Source of the DNA: Owenia fusiformis
Taxonomy: Eukaryota
Direction of reading: 5' to 3'
DNA: 64,000 nucleotides
NCBI GenBank assembly: GCA_903813345.2
Contig: CAIIXF020000001.1
Coordinates: forward strand, 47,740,001-47,804,000
In this document: positions 54,010-64,000 of the stretch, piece after piece
Layout of the letters: each line of letters starts with the position of its first letter
How positions within the stretch are numbered: the first letter of the stretch is position 1
The notes under the pieces: generated by a model
Database searches by the model: none
Seen by the model: only the letters and a program-made list of their open reading frames with translations
What the model was told of the DNA's origin: nothing
Made by a program: the position numbers and the translations under genes

Positions 54010-54272
54010 AAGTAGAAACGAGGGAGGTTTTGCCTCGTATCAAAATGGCCGCGAATGAAAAAGTAGCATTTGGTAAGCTTTTTTCTTTTCATGATTTTCG
54101 TGCTTTTATCTTTCAAATTACAAATTACTTACAAGTCACTTACTTGCCAAATATTAAGTTGTAATTTGAAGGACAAAATCACAAAAATCGTGAAAACGAA
54201 ATTTTTTACCAATATACTCCTTTTTCATTGCGGCCATTTTTATGCGAGGCAAACCCTCCCTCGCTTCCAGTT
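54010..54272. mobile_element. MITE with ~65-bp TIRs
   Basis: gagggaggttttgcctcgtatcaaaatggccgcgaatgaaaaag vs ctttttcattgcggccattttatgcgaggcaaaccctccctc. Confidence 0.75.
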
Positions 54273-55242
54273 AAGTTCTCTCAAAAGACTTCTTATAATC
54301 GATTAAAAAGTTTTGCAGGTACGGATCTGAAAACCAGCAAAGGGCATATTTAAAGTATATAGATTTTAGGCCCTTTTTCTTGCTAAGTTGGCCTAAAATT
54401 AAAAAATAAGGCCGTAAAAGGCCAAAAAGGCCCCTTATTGGGGCCCCTGTTCCCCCTCCCCCAGATCTGCCAGTATTTTGTATCTTTCTACTAGTGCAAA
54501 ATGTTCCAAAATGAAGAAAACCATATTCAAAGTTATGTCACAGTGAAAGAATAAGGACTTATTTGATTTTTAAAGATCTGAACAAAGTGACGTATTAACG
54601 AGCGTTATATGTAAGGATTTCTTTGATTTTTAACGAACAAGCTGACGTAATAGCACCCAGTATAGATATCTAAATTACAATTATGTGACAACGGGGAATA
54701 AAAAATAATTGGGAGATAAATGTTTAATAGACTGTGAATAGTAATATTCTTTCTTGACGCACGAAGTGTCCATCAATGGTCCATTCACACCGATAATCCA
54801 TTGAGAGATAATAAACAGAATTAGAAGGAATTCTCATTTTCAGCATGCTATTGATCAGGGCTATTGATATTGTTGAGATACCTAGAAAACAGAGATTATT
54901 TTTGTTCGAATCAACATGTATTGAAGAGGTAGAAATAATGGCAGTCCAAAGCTGGCAAAACAAACTTGGTGTACTAGTCCATGTATTATCTTGAGGATCT
55001 CAGGAACTGACAAAGCTATCCTGATGACATCCGTCATGGCTTAATAAATTATTTAATGTCACTCCCAGAACTTTACAGGTTACAATAGCTAATAAACTTA
55101 GTATGACCCAAAATGTCGATTCCCGATTTTCTTAATAATGGCGTATTACAATTATGCCAAAAATATTCTCTGTCATGGATTAATTTTTTTAGAAAACAAA
55201 AGGGGCCGGGTCCATTCTAGTACGCGTCTGGTCAATCCATGC

Positions 55243-57455
55243 TTATCCACCCACACAAGTTGTAGATATGACTCGCCCGTCAGAAGGACTATACAAGTAA
55301 TATGTGTTACGCACAAAGATTGCCACATTGCCACTCGGTAACGGACTTATGGCAGTAATACCAGTTGGAGCTCCAATCCAAACGTTATCGGGATTAGGGT
55401 CACGAATGTGCATCACTGTCACTTCATTTACAGTATTCATAAAGTCTTGCTGAGTCGGTCTTACTGATTTAAAGACCCAGTCGTTCTTAAACAGATATGT
55501 TGTCTTTTCGTCATAGTCTAGTAGAGCGTCTATTTGTGACGGTGCGTTTGTACCAAAGACTTGTGTGAGGGTCTTAGGCCAAGGCTTCAAAGTCTCAGAA
55601 ACATCAGTAAACGACATCGCACTGTTAACTGGATATACGTTGTTGCCTGAAAGTAAAATGGGGCCACCAATATAAGAGGTACTACTGTATAACCAATTAC
55701 ATAATCCGAGAGTTTTTTAAAAAAGATCTTGGAGTAAAATAACTCAAGTCAGTAATTTATAATCTCCCAGAAAGGTTTGAATACCGACTGAGTGTTCAAA
55801 ACACATTACGAGTGATATAAGCGACGGGTAAATTATTCAAAATGCTCTTCTATTAATCTGATTGGTAATCTCTTTCTCATGGATTTACGTATATTACTGA
55901 AGTAAATGTTCTACTGGCTGGTTAATTGAAAAATGCTTGAAAAGTAAAGCACGTATATCCTGCTTGGTTTTTTACCTCTGATAAAATAAAGGACATCAGT
56001 TGGGGGATCTACTCCCTGATCCGCTGACCTGTCCCACAGTCCGGTCTCACGCAGTAAGACACCGTCTATGTCACCTTCCCAATCCTCCAGAGTCATACCG
56101 GGACCCGTGAGAAATGATTCAACCGAGAAGGGGCTGGGTAAAACATCAGTTCCCTGCGGCATTGAATACGCCCATGATGTCAACGTTTCAGAAGGAAAAT
56201 AGTCCGTTGGATAAGTTGGATTCATTCTTGAGATCGCAAAGAGGTGATTATTATGGTAGTATGCGGCCTTTATATCAACCCAACTATCTGGACATTGCTA
56301 CAACAGAAAAATGGCGTAATAAACCATGCATGCATCTTCTTGAGATAACTGTATTAAGCTGTTATTTCATTAAATAATTAATTTGCGATAAATACCATAT
56401 GCACGATATGCAATAACTTTAATTGATAGTTAATGGCAATTACTGCAGTTTATACACTTCAACTTTAAGAATCTAAGTAATGATCAATTTTTCTTTCAAT
56501 GACAAATACAGCCCTTCTATTTTTAAACGGCTATCCATCCAGTTTAATTATTCTGAAATCTGTTCAAAGCCGTTGAAATTGTTTTAGGGTCTAAGAAACG
56601 AAAAGAATAAGACGGATTTTTCTGTGATCGCGATGACTTGAGAAATGTAGATCCCTGAAGAAAAAAACGGCCACGTGTTGCATGCCCTCCACATATGCTA
56701 CGGTTTCAAATCATTATATAAGGAAGTTCATGCCCTAACAGGTTGCTTCTTTTTGAAAAAAATAAATAATTAAAGTACATTACAGTTCAATAAAAGTAAG
56801 TCACATTGACATTGTTTTAGGGCTACTTATTTAAAATTCCTAAATCAGTTGGAAAAGTTATAAAAAGTATACTTTTTAATACATAACAAACACTCCAATG
56901 CTTATAACTATATACAAAAATTCAAATCACGCGAAATGGTTGAAAGCATTTAATTTGCATATACCCATAACTAAATTAGCTCTAGAGCATAAGCAGAAAC
57001 TACTGATAAAACATGTGAATTGGAAGCGTTTTAAAAAGTTGAAAAATCTGATACGAAAATGAATAATTTTTTAATAAAACAAATAAAATTGTACTAACCG
57101 ATTCCGATGGTGAAGATTTTTTCTCAATTTGGAAGTGCAAAAAACCAGGGGTGAAATCCAACCAAGTACAATCTATTGGTTTTCCCCGGTTGATTTGGCA
57201 TTGGCGCGTAGACGTGTTCCCTCTTTTCTCAATATTGAAGGATCCACACCAGTTCCTCTCCAAGCAAATGTTCCCACATTCTATCTTACCAACAACGCTA
57301 TGAGTTTCTCCAATATGTCTTGTGAATGCATGATCTGGTGAACAGTTATGGTCCATAGAAAACACTGCGGTCCTCAAATAACACGTGACTAGCGAGAAAC
57401 AATGTGCGGAAATCGTAAATGAGATCCATGTAGTTTTGGCGATGTCAATCCCCAT
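55243..57455 (-). CDS. Probable secreted protein: signal peptide + PAN/apple domain + hemopexin-like repeats, 3 exons, 360 aa
   Basis: Exons 57455-57099, 56297-55976, 55646-55243; 1083 nt, phases 0 and 1 consistent. KIECGNICLERNWCGSFN..CQIN (PAN); DIDGVL..LYFIRGNNVY, WPKTLTQVFG..IDALL..TYLFKNDWVFK, WIGAPTGITA..IFVRNTYYLY (hemopexin blades); flanking Cys (QCP..TTCVGG). Confidence 0.75.
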
Positions 57456-58165
57456 GTTAACACCTCATTCCGTTTTACTATCATACGGCTAGTTTTTTGC
57501 GTTTCCCAGATTATCAGCAGTACATCACATTAAGCGCATGTAACCTTTTGTCTCATTAAAGACGATTTAGTATGATGCCAAAGTCGAATCTGATTATTAT
57601 CTCATAAGAAATACACTTTAGATGATATGTTTAAATCTACTACATGACTAGGCGTTCACCCATAACAAGCGATACCGTGTTCAACCAAGCACAGATTGCA
57701 AGTAATACACAGTACGCTCTGTGTTAATGATAGCTTCCGATCATAACTCCGTCGTATTGATTGTCCTGATCCATTCACTGACAATTCTCTTCAAACACGA
57801 TTTCGATAAATCCATAGATAAGTCCATGTCGTTAAGAATAGAACTGTTTCTTTATTTCGTGTACGGAATCTTGTGGCAATCTAAATCTTTTATTTATCGC
57901 TGAGCAGATCTGGACTGAGCAAATGCTATTGAGACACTCGCACATGGTTACAACTATACACTTTCACTGTTCCACAGCTGAATGACTCAAACTGCATGCG
58001 GTTAGTATCATTCAAGATGGTGGCCAAAATTTCTTTCGATTTGGACAAACCAACGGGTTCAGCTAAACTAAGTTGAATCTGGATTCCAAATGTTTCGCGA
58101 TGCAAACTAATAAAATTACAATTGTAAACAGCCAGGAAAAAATGCTCAGACACCCTCATTAAATA

Positions 58166-58392
58166 TAGAGAATTTTAAAGAAAACAGCTTCACTTAAAAT
58201 GACTCTAACTGAAGTTGATGAAACATTAACTCAAACATGATATTCACCACCGATGACGCTAACTCGTATGACCCTGCATGTGTTCATTCCATAGAGTTAG
58301 TGTCATCCATCGTTTCAGTGAATGTTATTCCTACGTCATCATCAAGTTCAATTAGAGTCATAGTAAGTGAGGCCATTTTCTTTAAATTTCTC
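58166..58392. mobile_element. Short MITE with ~55-bp TIRs
   Basis: gagaattttaaagaaaacagcttcacttaaaatgactctaactgaagttgatga vs tcatcaagttcaattagagtcatagtaagtgaggccattttctttaaatttctc. Confidence 0.7.
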
Positions 58393-60224
58393 CAATATCA
58401 CGTTTTCTTGTGGCGTTTACAATCGCTTCATTAATTTATTCATGAAGCTGTAGTGTTCCGGGTACCATGCGCTCTTTGATAAGCAAAATTAAGAGTAACA
58501 CAACTAAGTAGGTTTGTTGTTGGCTATGTAATATGATGAGTAATTTTATTATGAATTACATAATGTTATATAACAATACTTTTTGCCGATAGGATAGCCG
58601 GTGAAATATCTGATGAAATCCAGATTCAAATTAGTTTGCTGAAATCGGAAGTTTATCGACCACCATCTTGAATGATACTACTGTGACTGCAGTTTGAATC
58701 ATCTAGCAGTGGAACAGGGATTTTGTACGATTTTCTGTTAAATAAGTAAAACATTCTGTGAGAATCAATGACAGGCGTATGAAAAAATCTTGTTGACGAA
58801 GACTTTTTGCCCTGCTTGCAGCGAGAAAGTGGACCAGTTCGGAACAATTGCATCAGCTTGTTTTGCAAGCAGGGGGAAATTCTTAGTCACCAAGTTTGGT
58901 ATTTTTTATAAAATCAAACGCACGTCATTGAAACTTACGAGATGTAAATTGCATGTCATTGCATCATGTTGAAAGAACCAAAGAGAAGTTATCCATACCA
59001 GTCAGTCTACTTTCCGAGGCTAGTTGCGTATACCAATGTGTAATGAACGTACAAATGTCCTATTTCATTGGGATTTGGACATCACGTTTTGTAAGAATGG
59101 GTTTCAGGCACTGTAGATAAGCTAGTATGTATTAGTTATGACTGAGCAATCGCACATTTAAACTGAAATTCAATTAAATCAAAATGTCAAATCGACAATT
59201 TTATATTGATCAATAATGTAGACTACGTGCTTATTAAGTTTTTCATCGGTATACAAAAAGTATAATCGCATCCCTAAAAATTATATTGTCGTCATTGGAA
59301 TACCTGTGTTTAGAAAACATCAAGAAAACCTCAAAGAGCAAACATATAAAGCATCTAATATTGTGAATCACGAAGAAATCTCACCGACATGTAATCAACA
59401 GGATGCCACTGCAGCAAGAGCAACACCATATAATTAGTGCTGCTAGCGACTGTTGAGACTCCGTGTGTTTACTAATACTCCGGGAGATAAATGGCACTCA
59501 TGCAGCATTAATGAGCTTCATGAAGTTTAATTTACTCCTTGATCATTTCTTAACACCCAATGAAATATTTCTTCTTAATGTCCTTGCTCATTTATCGTGG
59601 TTTTATATCACTTATTTTCATAGTCTATACAGCAAAAAGATACATTAATAACGGTTTCATTTTAGAATGAAACATAAAATTCTAGCAAATGTTTGTCATC
59701 AATCAAGAAGCGAAATGCAGGTATATATTATATGTCTACTGTATGACTTAATTGGGTACAGTCCTCGTATACAGGGGTTATATGTATCGTAAGGGTTAAG
59801 ATAAGGGTTTTATCGGTCCTCGCAGGGTTTAGATACAGGGCTTTGTTTTGGGGGGGGTGCAAGTGGTGGCCCATTCCCTCTATAAAATTTTGCAATTTTA
59901 AGATGCTATTTGGTGATTTCTGGGCACTTTCAAAGAATATCAGTATTTAAAATGAAATTTAAAAAAAAGAATTTAAACCCACCCTTCAAAACATTTTACA
60001 GTTTCAAGATGCTATTTGATGATGTCTGGGCATTTTTCAAGGGTCTGATATTGTTTACAATTTTAAGATGCAGTTTGCTGATTTCTTGGCACTTTCAAAG
60101 TGTATTAGTCAATTAAAAATAATCGGACCCCTCCTCTCATCTTGTCTTCGTACACAACTATAAAGAAGACACAGAGTGAACAGTATCGCACCCTTGAATA
60201 AAATATTGTTTTCGGGATGAGAAA

Positions 60225-61150
60225 TTAATATGGCCACCCTAGCATTTACTCAGACTGCTCAAAAACTAATCAGTTCGAATTCTAAGCTTTCTTATGAAGG
60301 AATATTTCTAAAAATCTCAGATGAATCCATGAGTTTGGCTAGAAACCTGTAGATAAGCCTCGACAAATAAGATTTTAGGACGGAAAATCCAATATGGCCG
60401 CCTTAGCATTTACCCAGAATGGTCCAAAAACAATTCACTTCGTATATTTTGTAGAAAAATCCCCGAAAATATCAGATGAATCCCTATAACAGTTTGGCTG
60501 GAAATCTGTAGACAAGTATCGACAAACAAGATTAGGACGGAAAATCCAAATTGGTCGCCTCAACATTTTTCCAGAATTCCCCAGACTAATCAGTTGTTTT
60601 AGATTTTATACAGAGAAACATACTTGAAAATCTCAGATGAATTCATGGAACGGTTTGGCTGGAAACCTGTAGACAAGCTTTAATAGACAACATTTTAATG
60701 ACGGATAATCCAAAATGGCCACTTTAACATTTACCCAGAATGCTACAAAACTAAGCAGTTCTAAACTTCCATGGGTAGAAACATCTCTGAAAATTTCAGG
60801 TGAATCGCTTAAACGGTTTGGTAGAACCTGTAGACAAGCCTCGACAGACAAGATTTCAGGACGTAAAATCCAAAATGGCTGCCTTAAAATATACCCAGAA
60901 TGCCCCAAAACTGATCAGTTATAAAGGTTCATACGTAGAAACATCCCTGAAAATTTCAGATGAATCTACAAAACGATTTGCCTTGAAACCTGTAGACAAG
61001 CCTAGACAGACAAGATTTTAGGACGGAAAATCTAAAATGGCCGTCTTAATATTTACCCGAATGCCCGAAAACTAATTAGTTCAAAACTTTCATCCATAGA
61101 AATATTCATGAAAATTCCAGATGAATCCCTGCAACGATTTGGCTGGAAAC
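60225..61150. repeat. Tandem array of ~6 diverged ~160-bp units (satellite/HINE-core-like)
   Basis: aa(a/t)atggc..cctt..catttacccagaat at ~60227, 60391, 60548, 60712, 60872, 61034. Confidence 0.88.
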
Positions 61151-61199
61151 CGACCCAGGGGTTGGGTTGTGATTTCAAAACATTAATATGGTAAATATA

Positions 61200-61485
61200 T
61201 AATATTATCGTATGATCTGTAAAACGAAGCCTTCTGATTGGTCAGTTCTTGTGCTGTACCAATCTGTATTGCTACTGAGATCGTCCCCATTGATCATCTC
61301 CGTCGCAATACAGAAAATATTGGTACGGATGGAACAACCTCAGTAGCAATACAGAGGATCACACGATAAAAACGTTATTGAATGATTTGAAATCCAATAC
61401 GGGATATATTCTGTCTCGATATTCTGTAGCAGAATTTCTCGAGCAGAATATATCCTGTATTGCACTTCAAATCATTCGATAACTT
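61200..61485. repeat. Nested palindromes / double-hairpin element
   Basis: 61374-61482 near-perfect palindrome; inverted pair 61263-61288 / 61330-61355; outer pair ttatcgtatgat/atcacacgataa. Confidence 0.7.
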
Positions 61486-62357
61486 AATAGTACCATCCAA
61501 TGAGCATCTAGTGCCGACCGACTCTATTAATTAATGTAAGTATTGTAAATAAATAAAAATTAAATATTCAATCATAAGGAATGTGAATGGATACCGAAAA
61601 GTAAGGCCGAGTGGTGGTTTGCCACCTAAGACATACTGTATGATGGCCACATGCATGTGACCGATATGGCTATATCCAATTCTTAAAGCTTTGTACTCAA
61701 TGAACTTAGAAGACCTAAACCTATAACATTTCAAGATAATCATCATCACTGATAATGATCCATCAGATGTAAATTATTCAAAACTTAAAGGTCTCATAGT
61801 CACTTCTTATATTTATTATCGCAACAATATTCAACACAAGTTACATGAAACACGATCTTTTAAACACTTTGGTAAAGGTACTAATTAATTATTAAAGATT
61901 ACTCTAGTGAACTACCGGTGTGAAAGAAATGATGGTCCCCCAGGGATTATGGTCCCCTTTCTTAACGCCTCTTACTGACCCTGATTGTGTACAAGATAAT
62001 GAGGGAAAGAGTTGTATTTAGGACACCATATAAATCAATGGAGAGTAGGACCATAATTTGATAGGACCTTCTACCCTTTTTCACCGGGACGCCATCAGTC
62101 AGTGGATACAGTTTTGTGAATGCTCTCGAGAATCTCATAGTCTCAATATGTTCTTCGGTGGCTACTCATTATGTTTGCTTGTATAGGCATCATCATACCT
62201 TTTAAATGAATAAATGCAAAGAGCTCATCACGTCTCTGAGTATGAACCAAAATGGTGCGCTGTGTACCATCTCAAGTAGCTAATCACATGTTGGTCTAAC
62301 AGTAAATTGAAGAAGAATGGCTTTGAAGCCAAGCAAACACATATTGCCAAAACGTTT

Positions 62358-62603
62358 TCACGTTGTCTGTTTTGCATCTATAACCGACTGCATGCGTTCC
62401 CGTCTCTTCTTTCTGATATCGGGAAGAAGTTTATTTTGAAAGAACGTTCTCCAGCGTTCTCCATACGGACTGAAGTGATTTCTCATTGATCCATTCCCAT
62501 GCCTGTTAGGTCGCCTATAATATGATCCAGGCAAGGAGGCACCACTGCCTGTAGTTGAAACTCGCTTTGATATCAACCAGTGAGTCTCCATCATTCCCTT
62601 ACC
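62358..62603 (-). CDS. Probable 3' exon of a guanylyl/adenylyl cyclase gene (rest upstream, probably outside the window)
   Basis: Acceptor tcattttag then GKGMMETHWL, matching the class III cyclase C-terminal KGKGxMxTYWL motif; open to TGA at 62358. Confidence 0.55.
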   Translation of the reverse strand, partial: GKGMMETHWLISKRVSTTGSGASLPGSYYRRPNRHGNGSMRNHFSPYGERWRTFFQNKLLPDIRKKRRERMQSVIDAKQTT

Positions 62604-64000
62604 CTAAAATGATAAATCGGATAAATCCATTTTCTTATAAGTTCTCATAACTAATTGAAAATGGACAGTCAGAAGATAAGATCAATAGTTAAAACGTTAA
62701 AACATTTCCAACTCGATTTTGAATTTGTGATACTATTGCATGGCTACATGAGACTTACATTCTTCAAAGTTGCTACATCGAGTTTACACTTAGTGATGAA
62801 GAGAATTGATTTAACATCACAAATAAATAAATAAGATAATTTGGGAGACATTTGCTTTCCAATAGGTTTCCTGGTAACATACGTTCAATATCAACAAACG
62901 ACGTTCTTTTACCACCTTCCTGAATTACATGCGACACATCGGGGACGCATGCGCCGCTTCGTACAAAAGGAAAGGTCGAAGAGAATGATCGTCTCCAGTT
63001 TTCGAATGTGAATGTCTTTACAGGGTTGGCTAAACTTGTTGTAAAAACATGAGGACGCAATGACGATAATCTGGCGCTACTGTTTGATTATCATCGATTT
63101 CCATCGTAAAAACACAACATTTTGCAGTTTACAATTCTTTTTCACTTGGCATTTGAGATATTGAATAAGACTTCTTATTTAAGAAAATACGATTTGAAAA
63201 AGATATATATCAAGTCCAGCAGTGAATATTCACATTATCAGGAAGAATCTTGTATTGTGTTATTCTGACATTGACATATATGCTTACTGTATACGTTATT
63301 GCGTCTACATTTCATCCCTTGTAAAAAATGAAGGAGCGTTCCCTGGAATCGACAGTACAGTACTCATTCTTCATCAAAATCAAATCAAGTAAACCATTAT
63401 ATATAAATTGTACAAACAAATGAGCAGAATACGATGACAATTAAATTGTATGACAGTGTGTACTCTTCTGAAGTTGCTTTGACATTTATATCAAGCTAAA
63501 GCGAGGTCGATTCTTGTGTCAATAGTTAGAAAATAACAGAAACAATCCCAAAATCTTAATTTTAGAATTCTAGAAATGATAAACCCTAAAACAACATATT
63601 TTTATGATTCTTTTCTTTTGCAAGAGTCAATTTGGTAGAGTATCAATTTCAATCTGTAGAGTCACGTTGTCACCTTGGCAACCATTCAACGAATGACCTT
63701 GGTTGAGTTATTGGTTATATAATGCAGTGCAGTTATATGAAATACTGTGTTCGGATTAACTGGAATCGGACACACCTTGCTTAGCTTTGTGTGAATCCTT
63801 TCTTTAAGAATCTGATTTAATTATATATGCACAGTTCAAGGACTAAAAAAGAAAGATACGGTAAAACCTGTCTAACCGAACACTAAAAGTGTTCAGATTA
63901 GCAGGCGTTCAGATTTCAATGTCTATAAACGTGTAAGTAAATGGGAGAAAAGAAATTTGGGACCGAGAAAATGTGTTTAGGATTGGAGAGGTGTTCGGAT

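Noticed and set aside
59760..59845. Telomere-like AGGGTT motifs
   Set aside because: Sparse, irregular, not a tandem TTAGGG array.
1..64000. Prokaryotic systems (operons, defence islands, tRNA/rRNA genes)
   Set aside because: Intron-exon genes and metazoan TEs throughout; no RNA-gene signatures recognised.

Overview
AT-rich eukaryotic (metazoan, probably invertebrate; inference) genomic DNA with GT-AG introns. The left two-thirds (~3.3-42.1 kb) is a tandem segmental duplication with three intact 6-exon MFS/SLC16 (monocarboxylate transporter-like) genes on + (506, 506, 501 aa). The two spacers are paralogous and TE-rich: Helentron-associated/DINE-1-like elements, a mariner relic, a MADF-bearing PIF/Harbinger derivative, TTAA MITEs, a minisatellite, and a decayed Ty3/Gypsy pol with Gmr1-type INT-RT-RH order bracketed by ~140-bp inverted repeats and TTAA rather than LTRs. 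The right third (- strand) holds a TE-disrupted cytochrome P450 pseudogene, its intact 6-exon clan-2-like paralogue (503 aa), a 3-exon gene for a probably secreted PAN/apple + hemopexin-repeat protein (360 aa), a ~160-bp satellite array, several MITEs and a probable 3' exon of a nucleotide cyclase. Exon models were assembled by hand from splice sites and frame continuity. Family names rest on motif recognition, not database searches.
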